A stretch of 64,000 nucleotides of DNA, from NCBI RefSeq assembly GCF_006345805.1, contig NC_042999.1, positions 139,066,001 to 139,130,000 on the forward strand. Reading direction: 5' to 3'. A model generated the notes under the pieces. That model was not told the DNA's origin and searched no databases. It was given only the letters and a program-made list of their open reading frames with translations. Positions 25,864-38,989 of this stretch are shown here, piece by piece (the first letter of the stretch is position 1; every line of letters begins with the position of its first letter). The position numbers were made by a program, and so were the translations under genes. The DNA comes from Octopus sinensis (taxonomy: Eukaryota).

Positions 25864-26400
25864 AGAGGCGGCGAGTTGGTAGAATCGTTAGGACCCTGGA
25901 GAAAATGCTTAGCGGTATTTCGTCCGTCTTTATACTGAATTCAAATTCCGCCGTGATCGTCTTTGCCTTTCATCCTTTCGGGGTCGATAAAACAAGTACC
26001 AGTTGAGTACTGAGATCGATGTAATCGAATTAACCCTCCCCTAAAATTTCAGACCTTGTGCCTCTAGTAGAAAGGATTATTTTGGTTGATAAATGCCGTC
26101 GAGGTCGATTTAGCCTTTCATCTTTTCGGGGTCGATAAAATGTGTTACCAATCAAGCCCTGTGGTCGATGATATCAACTTATCCCTTCCATCAAAATTTC
26201 TGAATGCATTTATTACGGTTTTAGGTTCTGAGTTCAAATTCCGCCACGGTCGTCTTTGTCTTTAATTCTTTTGGAGTCGGTAAAATAAGAACTAGTCGAG
26301 CACTGGGGTCAATGCAATAGACTGCCCCCTTCTGCCAAAATAAATACATAAATAAATAATAAAAATTTTCGGCCTTATCCCTATAGTAGAAAGGATTATT
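25864..26400 (+). mobile_element. Cluster of three partial SINE family B copies
   Basis: Repeated TTCAAATTCCGCC / GCCTTTCATCxTTTCGGGGTCGATAAAA cores; the tail GTAGAAAGGATTAT occurs twice. Confidence 0.8.
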
Positions 26401-27691
26401 TTGGTTGGTACACTCCACCCGTCACCCGGTTTAACACCACCACCTAGATCTTGAGTGACTTTAGCAGAGTTCTCTTTGATACAAGTATTTAAACCTGACA
26501 GCTGATCTGAAAATAACTTCTTTCCTTCTTCCCATCAGTTTCAGAGTCCCAGTTACAAATAGGGTTCTGGGTACTGTCCTTCTTTCTCTGTCTAAGCCTT
26601 TTAAAAAAGAGAAAGGACACCATATAATCTCTCTTTTTTGTTCGAGGTCTTTGCAACATTGTTTTTTAATCATTCTCTGCTCTTTTAAAACGATGGCAGC
26701 TGTTGATGTTTAGTCCCAGGTCAACCATGATGTGGCAGATCTATGATCAAAAGTATTCTGGCCATGACCTCCTTCAAAGCCTGGTTAGGTTTTCTAATAT
26801 TTAAATTTATTTCATTCCTTCTGATTTACGCTGTTGTGTACGAAACATATTAATAAGTGATGAGCCTTTAAAAGCAACACTATGTAAATTTAGCTGTCCA
26901 CTACGGTAAATGCTTAATTTACAACAGCGTTAAATAGCAGCTAAGTATTATTACTGTCTATTGAATACTACTCAACGACACTGTATTGTTTAAAGTATAT
27001 AGGATATTCAATGTTTATTTTATAATGTTTACTGCAACTGTCGTTACACGCACATATACACCATACATACCACACATACACAGTTACTTGCATATGCACA
27101 CGCATACACTAACATACATATATATTCATGTGCGTTCACACATAAACTTATCTGCACATACATTCATGCATACACTCACACATTCATGCATGCATAAGCA
27201 AATACAGAAACACTCACACATACAGACACACTCGTACACACGGTCTCCGAGAGAGGTTTTTCAAGATGAAACAAGAGTGCCTTCAGGCACTCGAAGAGTG
27301 AGCGCTCCCAAAATTTAAGAGAGCTGTGAGGATTTGGTGGAGTAGGAGCTTATCGGATATTCATGGTCTCCTCCCAGGCACCGTTTCGACTTATGGGCTG
27401 AACTCTGCCTCCTATAGGCCTTGCTCAAGCACATACACACACGCGCACACCTGTATGTACTCACATACGCATAAACAAGCTCGCTCACACGCGTATACTT
27501 GTTTATTTGGTGGTGGCGTAGAGCCTCAACTCTTGATGGAGTTTCCGTTGTGGTGCCATGGAGACGTACGGTGTGCTATAGGCACTTGAAACCTGTTAGA
27601 AACCATCCTTCCCCATGGCCCAGCACATCTGATATCTTCCAGAGAGAAACTGTGTGCATGTGTGTGTATGTGTGTGTGTGTGTGCGTGAAT

Positions 27692-27739
<48 letters not shown>

Positions 27740-27959
27740 AAGGGAAAAAGAGAAAGAAAAGGAAAAAGAGAGAGAAGACTCGACACCAGTATTTGACTGG
27801 TATTTTACCAATCTCGAAAGAAAATGAAAAGCAGACCTTCGGCCTGATTTGAACTCAGAGTGCGGGGTCGAAAACCGGAAACCATTCTAACTGATACTCA
27901 CATACTTGCTCAGCACTCCTTATAATATTCTGTAGTAATTGTTTAACCCACTTCAACAG

Positions 27960-28345
27960 TGATCGAACATCCAACAAAGAACTGCGCGCGCACCCATATC
28001 AGCCTGCAGCCTCTCACCTCAAAGCTATCCGCTGCATGCGCTGGTATGGACATGTCCCCCACCACCCGCCAGATCATCCTACCAGGGCCTTACTCTCATT
28101 CGGCGCAGCAGCTGCGGGCTGGAAAGGGCCCTGTGACACACCCCGCGCCAGATGACTAGGCGTAATTAAGGAAAATCTCAAGACGCTCGACGTCATTCTG
28201 GAGGATGCCGAAGGGCTGGCACGGGACCGCCAGCGATAGAGAGCTCTTGGGGACCTGGTCGGCTCTATGCATGATGACGCCTCTGGGATCACTAACCTAG
28301 GATGATCCCAACTCCATCAAGCAAGAACATCAAACAAGCAAGCCA
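27960..28345 (+). mobile_element. LINE 3' end (RTE/L2-like C-terminus) with (CAAG)n-like tail
   Basis: IRCMRWYGHV...GWKGPCDTPRAR*LGVIKENL...LARDRQR*R resembles RWxGHV...RGRPRxRW...AxDRxxWR. Confidence 0.7.
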
Positions 28346-29520
28346 GCAAAGAAGTATCCCAGTTATGACAATACAGTAAATTTTTTCCTACATAATGTAT
28401 CCTGCATCATATTATTCAATGTGTTCCTTTTCTTTTAAAAGACAGGGTGTTGGTTGAGGGAGATTCAACTGCTATTTCTTACAAATTAAGTCATCCCACT
28501 AAGGATCCTTTGTTGACTCGTTATATTGTTCTTCATTCTTAATCCATTCAGAAAACTACAGGTTTCTTCTTTTCACCTTCTTTTAAATATTTTGTTATTA
28601 GATTAATTTTTGCACCAGAATCTTCAGGCTTTTCTTCTGTTTTTGTTGCTTCTTATGATTTCTACTCTTAATTTTCCCATCGTTTCATGACAATCACTTT
28701 ATATATGAGTGGAAAAAACACTCATTAGAAATTTACCTGGAAAAAAGCGCTTACTTGCTCGCTTGCTTACTTGCGTACTATCTACTCCCCCACTCTCTCT
28801 CTCGATATACGACTAGCTGTGATGAGCTTCTGACAAGCCAAATGTCCGATCTTAGTTTAATATCTGATTTATTATTTCATTGTGATCTCTTCACGGATGT
28901 CCCGTAAAAATAAAGAAAAGATAGAACAAGAAATGAAGAAGGAATGAATGTCACACCCTCACTATCAGTCTTGCAATCCGTCCCTAAATCGTCATCAACT
29001 GGTTGTTGTGGAGATGAGTTAGAATAATTCAACGGATAGTAGAGTAATAAAGGATTTCAGTATTCAGTTTTGTCTCTCAAAATATTTCTGCCTTACATGA
29101 AATAAGTTTCACATGTAATTATAGAGTTCAGTTCAATTCTTTACAAATATGAGAGCGCGAATTGATGTAAGTTTCTTTCTCTAACATTTTACATAGTTCA
29201 GTCTACACAAGTTAATATGTGAAAACAAAAATAGGGACTTTGAAAGAAGTATTCATAAAATTAGTTTTTAAACATCGAAATGGCTGTGGGGTCCACCAGA
29301 ATAAAATAGCAATGAAAGGGGTCCTTAGATAAAATGTGGTTGAGAACCCCTGGTCTAGTTTATGATATTCGTCTACGCGTCGTAAGGGACTTTCTGCATT
29401 ATTTCTTTATTGCTTAATTATAACTTTGGTTTTCAGAAACTACGATTTCCGTAGAATAAAACGACAGGAGATGAGTTTATAAAAATTGTTCCTAAATAAA
29501 AGCAATTAATAACAGATAGG

Positions 29521-29728
29521 CGGAGGAGTAGCTGTGTGGTAAGAAGCTTGCTTCCCAACCGCATGGTTCCAGGTTCAGTCCCACAGCGTGGCACCTTGGG
29601 CAAGTGTCTTCTACTATAGCCTCGGGCCGACCAGAGCCTTGTGAGTGGATTTGGTAGACGGAAACCTAAAGAAGACCGTCGTGTGTGCGTGTGTGTGTTT
29701 GTGTGTGTGTGGATGTGTTTATATATAT

Positions 29729-29776
<48 letters not shown>

Positions 29777-30383
29777 ATATATAATATATATATATATATG
29801 TATATATATACGAGCAAAACGCCCCCCGTCCAATGGACGGTGCTGAGTTGTCAAATATTTAAACCAAATTTTCTCAAAACAACTTGTCCGACCGTCCCAT
29901 AGGCCTCTCCTTTGAGAAACACTGATTTAACCTAAAAGAAGAAGTAAATATAGACTTTTTCTCGCGTACGCGTAGTATCGAACGCAACAGCTGATGTACT
30001 TGCGTGTACAAATGCACGTTCCCACGGCTTTATCGATCGCATTCTCACCTGGAATCGATTTTTGTAATTTTTTCAAGAATTATACACGTTCTGATACCGT
30101 CGGTATCTGCATATCAAATTTGAGCGCAATCGGATGGAGGATGCCCGAGATCCTTGAAGACACACAGACAGACAGAACGGATTTTATATAATAGATGTAT
30201 GTGTGTGTGTGTGTGTCTTTGCTGTTTGTGTCTCTGTTTGTCTCCCCCACCACCACCATCACTTGACAACCGATAGTATATGTGCTAGGCTTACAAATAA
30301 TAAGTCCTGGTGTCGATTTATTCGACCACAGGTGGTGCTCCAGCATAGTAGCAGTCATATGGCTGAAACAAGTAAAAGAGTAA
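29521..30383 (+). mobile_element. SINE family A split by a Helitron inserted in its internal microsatellite
   Basis: Head and body at 29521-~29680, 3' body and tail at ~30200-30383 (ends GGCTGAAACAAGTAAAAGAG). Confidence 0.8.
29811..30195 (-). mobile_element. Non-autonomous Helitron-like element, short copy
   Basis: Minus strand starts A|TCTATT and ends CTCG|T. A perfect hairpin CCGTCC-AAT-GGACGG (29826-29840) lies 15 nt from the 3' end. No TSD; insertion between A and T. Confidence 0.75.
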
Positions 30384-31256
30384 TATAGAAATAAATATCT
30401 TCGAAGTTATAAAACTGCATATTTTTCAGAATTTTCGTTTGCGAGTTTTTTAGAGTTAGCTCCCTTGTTATGAGGAAAGGCAACAAAAGTTATCTGCTCT
30501 TGGTCTTAAACTGCGACATTGATAAGAAAACCGGCTAGTGCTATTTTCTTCCAGTAACAGTGACTCACCTGCCCGTTGTCTTATGTAGAGTAGACACTGC
30601 TGCATAAAGATATATTTAGCTGACAGATGAGTCAACAGTAAAGATTGTAACAACACTATTCCTATGGGAAATAGATGGGACATTCTGTCACATGCTTCCA
30701 AAACTTGAGATCAAAGGAAATTTTTGAAGACTTCGATGAGGATGAGGGATAGGACAGCACCCCAGTGTTTGAGCTGTAATTTCACTATTCTTACACTTGG
30801 TATGCATATGATAGTGAGAAAGAAGACAGATTATCTTACACAATGTTGTTTTTCTTCACTTTCCATATAGACCCGTTGCTTTATAGCTGTGATCTTGCAC
30901 TTGGTGATGTTTGCGCACAATACTGAGAATAAAGACGGATCAGATCACATAGTGTTGTTTTCTCTTTCCTTAAAGACCTGATATCACGTATTTGTTTTTT
31001 TTAGTCAATGAGAGGAATGCAGCATTTCTTCTGGATAGAAGAAGAAGCGGCGATCATCAGTTTTACTGTGTTACAGCTAGTTACAACCATGAATTATACT
31101 TGTGATACGTATAATGTTTTTGATTAGTTTTTAATGTGTGTGTGTTATGATGACGAGGTTATATAGTCAGAGGATAGACTGCTTGTCAAATGGTTGTGGT
31201 AGTTAGTTATGTGGAGCAGAAGTTGATGCCTAAGGAAAAGCTGTTGTAAGAAGTTG

Positions 31257-31467
31257 TACGAGGGGTTGTTGAAACGTTCCTAGCTTTAAGGGTATTGCGA
31301 AAGGCTCGACCTTCCGAGTTCTTTTACAGGGCTTAGAAAAAATGAAGTACCGCTGCAATAAGTGTGTTAATCTGCGAGGGGAATATGTTGAATACAATCA
31401 TAATTGACTGATCATCCTGTATTTTAACTTTTATCCCAAACCAGGCACTTTTCAATACCCTCTCGTA
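31257..31467 (+). mobile_element. Mariner-derived MITE
   Basis: TA-CGAGGGGTTGTTGAAA...TTCAATACCCTCTCG-TA, with the residual transposase C-terminus CNKCVNLRGEYVE. Confidence 0.8.
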
Positions 31468-31499
31468 TGTATGTATGTTGGTAGCGATTGCTTAGAATG

Positions 31500-32180
31500 T
31501 TAAGTGACTATACTTGTGATATTATTTTATCATTTAGTGTGTTAACTGCATTGCTCTTGTACCAGGATGAATTGTGCAGCATTGAGGTTTCCCACTAATG
31601 ATTGCTTGGAACAGTTATAAATTGTTTTACTTAGCTTTTTTATTCAGGTAAGATGGTTAATAAGGTGCATGGTGTTATACAAGGTGTCGTTTTCTATATA
31701 TTTTCAAGTGTTGGTTGTGGTGTCCATGTACTGGATCTATTATTTTTACATAAGATATGAAGCCTATACCAGAAGGTGTTTATCTAACATTATCAACGTG
31801 TACTTAAGGATTTGAAGAGATCTGTTTTGCGGTTGTGAATATTTTTCTTAAACAATCATAACGTGAATGTTGTGCGTTAGAATAACATATTCTAATTCCA
31901 TAGAGCTGCTTTTGGGCCTTTAATTTTTGAATTGCATTGTTTTTAAGTGCTCATAATATGTTTACAAAGTTTACAATTAACTGTGAAATGCCGGTATTTC
32001 TTAATGAAGTATTTCATGTAGATCTCTGGTGTTGAGAATGGAGATAATAACAGTCTGTTGTTTCTAATTATTGTCGTTATTGTTGCCATTGTTGTTATTT
32101 TTATGGTTACTGTCGTTGTTATTGTTCTTGTTTCAATAGAGTTGTAACTTAAGGTGTGATTGAAAATATTTTCCTCTTGA
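31500..32180 (-). mobile_element. Possible decayed Penelope-like element (linker/GIY-YIG region)
   Basis: Weak traces LLSPFSTPEIYMKYFIKKYRHF and DKHL, resembling WFNPPFS...KHF; no intact ORF. Confidence 0.3.
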
Positions 32181-32376
32181 AATCTCTCTTCTTTGGCGCC
32201 ACAACACAGCAGCACACATCACCTTTCCTGTAAATAAACCAGATGTAAATAGCATTTGTGCTTGAAGTCTTTTCTCTTCGCTTGCTGGAAGCCTGAACTA
32301 CTTAAAGAACAAAAAGAATGATGGAAGGAGACGATATTCTTCCAATATCGTAAACCTTGCCTTCAATTATTAAAAA
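32180..32376 (+). repeat. 5' LTR remnant
   Basis: 32219-32376 closely matches ~36200-36356. Lacks the first ~160 bp and an internal ~99 bp of the 3' LTR. Confidence 0.88.
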
Positions 32377-32398
32377 TGGTGCCCCCCCCCCCCGACGT
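32377..32398 (+). promoter_or_regulatory. Primer-binding site, tRNA-Trp-like, with expanded C run
   Basis: TGGTG-C12-GACGT directly after the LTR; the complement of the metazoan tRNA-Trp 3' end, as I recall it, is TGGTGACCCCGACGTG. Confidence 0.6.
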
Positions 32399-32820
32399 AG
32401 AAAAGTTTTTCGACAGCCACAAGTTTCATCGCATTACAAAACGCCTCAGCCGAATCACGAAGTGGCGGTTTTCACTCGTTTTCGACTGGTAAACACACCA
32501 ATGGCTACAATTCCAGCCGTCCATCAACATCTAGCAAGACGACCATCACCTTCCAGTCATCGTTCCCGCCACCATATTTGAATTGTCCCACGTGGAAACA
32601 GAATTTTACCGGTCGCGCATCACTTTCTGGCGATTTTTTTTAAACTGAGAAACAGAGAAAAAAAACATATTTGTTGGTTCAAGCACACACATACCATTAC
32701 ACTGTTTTTCTTTTCGCATTTTTTTTTTTGTGTTGAAAGAAAACATAAGAGAGAAAAAAAGCAGGTTTAGCGACGAAAATTTTTTTTTGTTTGTGCATTC
32801 AGTACACAATTCTATAAATT

Positions 32821-34146
32821 TTGTTCAGAAAATTTTTTTCTCGCACACTCGCTACTATTTCCAACCACACTTTTTGTCGGTTTTATTTTGGTCCATTTTT
32901 TTTCTCCTCTGACAGAAGACAAAACAAAAATTTCCCTTCGTATACTGGTGACGTCTCATTTAGGTTCGCTCAGTTAGAGGCATATTTTGCAGTACATACT
33001 GTACCATCGTCGCGTCAGTTGAATCTTCTTTTGTGTAACATTCCTAAACCACTCGCTCCTTCAGTCAGGGATCTCATAACTGATCCTCGTCCGGATGCGA
33101 CGTACGAGGGGGTCAAATCTGAGGTTCTCCGCCGAAACACAAAATCAGCGGAGTCTAAATTTAAGCAGCTTATGCAAGATGAGGAGTTAGGTGACAGGAC
33201 GCCGACTCAATTTTTACGGCATCTCCGTGAACTCACCGACACGATTGAGGACAGTTCGCTTCCAAAGAAACTTTTCTTCTCCCGGCTATCTCCCAATGTG
33301 CAAACCATCTTGGTCACAGCGGTTGATACCAACACCGTGGATCAACTTGCTACCATGGCTGGCAAGATTCTAGAATTTGCTATCCAGCCAGCACCTCGCC
33401 ATGTCTGCTCCTGCTCAGAGATTTCCTCCGCTGCATCTTCCACCACTCAGTATATTTTGGATAGACTTGATGCCTTCATACGCCGAATAGACGCGCTTTG
33501 GAGAGAGCAATCCAACTCTTCGCGCCGTCGAAATCTGAGACGGTCCCGTTCACGCTCGACCGATTCCTTTTCTTCTCACTCCGGTCTGTGTTGGTACCAT
33601 AAAAAATTTGCAGAAAAAGCGCACAAACCTCTCTCTCCCAAAGTCGATGCCATTCAGCGCATCGCACCCCACACTTCACTACACCAACTTCGTCAATTTT
33701 GGGGCGTTGCCAACTTTTACAGACATTTCGTTAGAAATTGTGCAGACAAGTTATTTCCCTTGACTCAGCTGTTGAAGGCAGATATCAAAAAGAATTCTAT
33801 TGCTTTATTTGACGAGGTGTTATCTGCTTTTGAGTTCATTAAGAAGGAAATCGCTTCTGTCCCTTTGCTTGCACATCCAGTTACCGACGCTCCTCTTTCT
33901 TTGACCGTTGATGCATCGGACTCTGCGGTTGGTGCTGTTTTGCAGCACACCGTAGACAACCAGACTAAACCTTTGGCGTTTTTTTCTCGTCAATTAAAGC
34001 CAGCTGAACGTCGGTACAGTACATTTGATCGCGAGCTTTTGGCGATCTACCTGTCCGTTCGTCATTTTCAACATCAACTCGAGGGCCGAGATTTTGTGAT
34101 TTATACTGATCGCAAGCCTCTTATGTTTGCTCTGTCATCTAAATAG
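32821..34146 (+). pseudogene. In-frame Gag - RT connection - RNase H fusion ORF
   Basis: Gag motifs FAQLEAYF, LGDRTPTQFLRHL and LCWYHKKF join directly to PLSPKVDAI...LRQFWGVANFYRHF and RNase H (TVDASDSAVGAVL, YSTFDRELLAIY, YTDRKPL). True start is probably ~32930. Confidence 0.88.
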
Positions 34147-35651
34147 GACAAACACTCGCCTCGTGTTATTCGTCACCTGGACTACATTTCCCAGTTCACG
34201 AGTGACATTCAGCACATTCCTGGAACAGAGAAGGTGCCTGCTGATGCATTCCCTCGTCTTCCTGTGTGCTCCCTTTCATCTCCTGCTGCAACCGATCTAA
34301 CTGCCATTGCGCAGGATCAGCCAGCTCTGGACACTTTGGATTTAGCTTCTACAAAGTTATCCTGTTTCAAGTTTGCCTGTATCTCACTTCCGACTGCTGA
34401 AGGCACCATTCTTTGTGACACAGCTACTGGTTTGCCCAGGCCGTTTGTACCTGAGAACCATCAGCGCTCCGTTTTTTTTGCCTTGCATTCACTGTCACAT
34501 CCGAGCGTTGCTGCCTCGGTGAAGCTTATTACGGCTCGATTTTTCTGGCATAATATGCGCCGGATGATCACCGATTGGGCACGCTCTTGTGTAAAATGCC
34601 AGCGTTCTAAAATCTACAGGCATATTCGCGCTCCTCTTGGACAGTTTTCTCTTCCGGAGACTCGTTTTCGCCATGTCCACATTGATCTGGTTGGACCATG
34701 GCCTGTCAGCCGCGGTTTCTCTCACATATTAACATACGTCGATCGTTTCTCTCGTTGGCCAGAGGCCATTCCAATAGTGGACATCTCCGCTGAGTCAGTT
34801 GCTCGAGCTTTCGTTTCTAACTGGATTGCTCGCTTTGGAGTCCCTGCTAAAATAACCACTCAACTCGGACGCCAGTTCGAGGCTTCCCTATTTCGTGAAT
34901 TATCACGAATCCTAGGAGTTCATCACATTCATACGACCAGCTACCACCCAGCCTCCAACGGGATGGTCGAACGTTTTCACAGGCAATTGAAGGCTACCCT
35001 ACGTGCCACTTCTGACCCGCATCTTGGACAGAATTCCTGCCTATCGTTCTTCTTGGTTGTGGCACTGCTGTTAAAGCAGACTTATGTTTCTCTTCCGCTG
35101 AGCTCTTCTACGGTACCACCCTAGTACTCTCTGGTACAATGTTAGCGCCAGACAACTCATCGCCTCCTAATCCAACGTCGTATGTCACCAGACTTCGCTC
35201 ATATTTCTCAAGTCTTCCACCCATGCATCCGCATGACCAGGCTATTCCATCTCACGTCCTTCCGGATATTGACAAATGGACTCATGTTTTTGTTCGGAAT
35301 GATTCTGTCAGAGGGCCTCTCGTTTCTCCTTATAAGGGACCGTTTCGTGTGCTATCGCGCAGACCCAAAACTTTTAGTCTCGACATCCATGGTCGGGTAG
35401 AGATCGTGTCGGTCGACAGACTTAAAAGTGCACATTTTGAGGTGTCCATACCCTTCCATGACACCCCAAACACGCCCACCTTTGATCCTTTACAACTACC
35501 TACACATTCACCTGCACATGCACCTTTGACCACACCATCACCTACACCTACACCTTCGTCGCCACTGCCTAACACGAACAAACCCTATGTCACCAGGACT
35601 GGCCGCACTGTGCATTGGCCTAAAAAACTCACTAAAACTATTTATATCTGA
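34147..35651 (+). pseudogene. Gypsy integrase, disrupted
   Basis: HHCC (HSLSH...CVKC), HIDLVGP and NGMVERFH present. ITTQLG at ~34855-34869 replaces ITTDQG. One stop at 34144 and a frameshift near 35020. Confidence 0.9.
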
Positions 35652-35888
35652 CAATCTCTTTTGTATTTCCTGTGACAGACAATCGCTTTCTTGTCTTACT
35701 GGACAGTTCCAATACTCTGCCATTAAACATTTTGTCAAATTTTGTGCATGCCAATTTATATTTCTTGCAGTTATTTTTCTATTTGACTTGTCACGTTTTT
35801 GTAGCATATCTTGTTGGTTGCGATCAGTTGCCATCTTTCCTCTTTCTTGTGCCTGCTCCAATTATTCTGTTTTCGTACTACTACACTC

Positions 35889-35897
35889 AGGGGGGAG
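35889..35897 (+). promoter_or_regulatory. Polypurine tract
   Basis: AGGGGGGAG lies 4 nt before TGTAGC, the start of the 3' LTR. Confidence 0.75.
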
Positions 35898-35901
35898 CCT
35901 T

Positions 35902-36356
35902 TGTAGCGGTACAAGCAGTCAGCGCCATATTGGATGAGATCTCGCGGCAGTCATTGCCATTTCCGAGACTGTATGGAGACCTGATCTGCATTCATTTGCC
36001 ATGCACAAGATCACAACGGGGCTTGTTGTGGAGAAAACTATATAAAGGGAAAACCTTCTTCAAATTTTTCTTCTTCGGCTCCACAACACAGCAGCACTGG
36101 CTGAACAACATCACTGACTGTGGCTTTCTGCCTGTCTATCTTCAGAGGCAATGCGCCTACACTATCGGAGCTTAAGATGGTAGCTGAGAGCAGTACACTT
36201 CACCTTTCCTGTAAATAAACCAGATGTAAATAGCATTTGTGCTTGAAGTCTTTTCTCTTCGCCTGCCGGAAGCCTGAACTACTTAAAGAACAAAAAGAAT
36301 GATGGAAAGAGGCGATATTCTTCAGATATCATAAACCTTGCCTCTCATTATTAAAA
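35902..36356 (+). repeat. 3' LTR (~455 bp)
   Basis: Starts with TG after the PPT; contains TATATAA (~36039) and AATAAA (~36214). Confidence 0.88.
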
Positions 36357-37653
36357 AAGTATCTGTGAGAATGTTTGAGTTACCCATATTGTAAAAGGCG
36401 TTTGCATATTGATGGAAACAATCAGGTCAAATGTTAGCAAAATCATATTATACAGATTCCTTTGTGTTGTTCTTCTGCATCTTATCACTACTACAGTGTA
36501 GACAGAAGCTTTCTTTAAAATATTTCAGATTGTGTGGTTGAAATTGTTTATGACGCGAAATCTATTGCAATGGTTGCCTGAAGAACGATTTGAACTCAAC
36601 ACGTAATAGCAAAATGCATAAGGAACGTTCTGTTTTTTTTTTATAATGATTGGCTGTAATTATTTAGAGATATGTAGACAAGATCATTGATAGTTAACCA
36701 TCTTAGTTAAGGTGACTGTCTAAAGCCGGTAACAAGATAACGAACAAATCTGTTCTTCAAAAGAAGGAGGTAATTTCTTTTAAATCAAACTGAAAAGTTT
36801 TTTAAAGTTAAATTTGCAATTTAATGTCAGTGGATTTAAATTCCCATACATCATTTTAGAGTTCTTTCTGTTTGGATCCCACCTTCCAATTTCTTCAATT
36901 TTGTCCCAATTGATTTCAGATTTAGTGTATTGATGTAGTTTTGTATGCCAATTATTGACATGGAATTCATTTTCGTCATAAATAAATAAATAAACAGTTT
37001 ATAGCTTTTAAAGTTTGCAAATGTTGGATAATCTTAGCCAAGTGTAAGCCACAGACATTTAGGCGCCTGTTTGCACGGTAACAAACCAAGCGTAGGAACT
37101 CTTGTTTACGTGTGTTTAGAAACTTATATTTTATGCTGTGTTTTTCTGTTTGTACAAATTTGCTGCTGTTTTTGGATGTTTCACATTGCATTTTCGATAT
37201 CCACCTCTCGAATGCTGAAAACTACAAAATATGTGTTGTTCACTCTTTTTTTTGGTAATTTTTCGCTTATTAAATGCTTAAAACACGTGCTATTGTCGCA
37301 ATGTTGACATTATTCTTTTGTCGTCTTATGATTGCAGTTACGCACAAAGTGACAACGTCCAAATCCTGGTTTCTGACTGGGAAAAAAATGATCACACTTT
37401 AAACGTCTGTAACTTTTAAAAAATTTTTCTGGAACAAGTGAATTAAACTCTGAGATTCAGCATGAAAAATTACACCAATACACCAAATTTGAAAATTCCC
37501 ACTTAATTCTAAAATTTCAAAAAGTGCTGCCAAACAGAAAAGATCCCCACTTTATCTTACATTACCCACTACTATGCAATACAAATCCATAACAGCGATC
37601 TCATAAATTGCTACAAGCAATTATGGGATCGTTTATTATTATTCCTCAAGATA

Positions 37654-38058
37654 GGCGCAGGAGTGGCTGTGTGGTAAGTAGCTTGCTTACCAACCATATG
37701 GTTCTGGGTTCAGTTCCACTGCGTGGCACCTTGGGCAAGTGTCTTCTACTATAGCCTCGGGCCGACCAAAGCCTTGTGAGTGGATTTGGTAGGCGGAAAC
37801 AGAAAGAAGCCCGTTGTATATATGTATATATATACATGTGTGTGTGTATTTGTGTATGTTTGTGTGTCTGTTTGTATTGTCCCCCCAACATCACTTGACA
37901 ACCGGTGCTAGTGTGTTTACGTCCCCGTAACTTAGCGGTTCGGCAAGAGAGACCGATAGAATAAGTACTAGTCTTAAGGCCTGGGGTCGATTTGCACGAC
38001 TAAAGGCGGTGCTCCAGCACCGCCAAATGACTGAAACAAATTAAAGAAAAAAAGAAAA
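37654..38058 (+). mobile_element. SINE family A, near full length
   Basis: tRNA-like head (GGCTGTGTGGTAAG A-box, GGTTCAGTTCC B-box), internal TA/TG microsatellite, TGACTGAAACAA tail. Confidence 0.88.
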
Positions 38059-38799
38059 TATATGGATACTATCCGTTACCACAATATCACCTCATATTAA
38101 TACACCTCATTATACCATTTATCACTATCGCGAAACAATGAGACACTAAATCTGTTACAAATATCAATGAAATTTCTTTCACATCAACTTATTCTATTTT
38201 TGTTTTTAAAAATAGAGAAGGACACATTTTGTGTATTACTGATTATATTATCCCAGACAAAACAAATGCTCACAACAAGATAGTCAAATATCAACTTACA
38301 GAATGACACCAAACGTGAGAAAATTTTGAGGTAACACAAAGCAGATAAAGGATGAGTTAAGAAAGAGCGCCACTTCGTGCAACTTACGCACACAACTAAC
38401 AAAAACTTCGAAAGCTCACTTAATCAGCTTACATCACAGCAAAATTCAGCACAGAAACAGGAAGGGCCAACAAAAGAGACCCAATACCAAGTTTTAATGC
38501 GAGGGCATAAGACTACAACAGCACAGTTGCACCGAAGACTATTATGAATTTTTTTTTTTTACAAATTCGTAGGTATGCATCTTCAACTAATGCAGTCTTT
38601 TAAACAACTATAAATAACAGTCAAATATCCTTCAAATACAATCTTCAAGATAGATGATGAGGACGTAGACATTAAATTAGATTTGTATGAAAGATGGGAA
38701 AGTCACGGTTGGGATGCTTTTGGTTACAGTTTTACTAAATCATGACTGACCTTGGGCTAAACAATATTTTCTAACGTTTTTCTATAATCTTTAAACAAT

Positions 38800-38956
38800 A
38801 GGAGTAGCTGTGTGATAAGTAGCTTGCTTACCAACCACATGGTTCCGGGTTCAGTCCCACTGCGTGGCACCTTGGGCAAGTGTCTTCTACTATAGCCTCG
38901 GGCCAACCAAAGCCTTGTGAGTGGATTTGGTAGACGGAAACTGAAAGAAGCCCGTC

Positions 38957-38989
<33 letters not shown>

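Larger units (their letters stand above)
32180..36356 (+). mobile_element. Gypsy (Ty3-order) LTR retrotransposon, non-autonomous deletion derivative
   Basis: Two LTR copies, a PBS, gag, RNase H and integrase in Gypsy order, and a PPT. Protease and RT core are absent. Confidence 0.92.

Noticed and set aside
33191-35937. Alternative-frame and antisense ORFs over the Gypsy element
   Set aside because: Shadow frames of gag/pol and LTR sequence with no motifs.
37654-37730. tRNA-like A-box/B-box sequences here and in other SINE heads
   Set aside because: No complete cloverleaf; each continues into a SINE body and tail.
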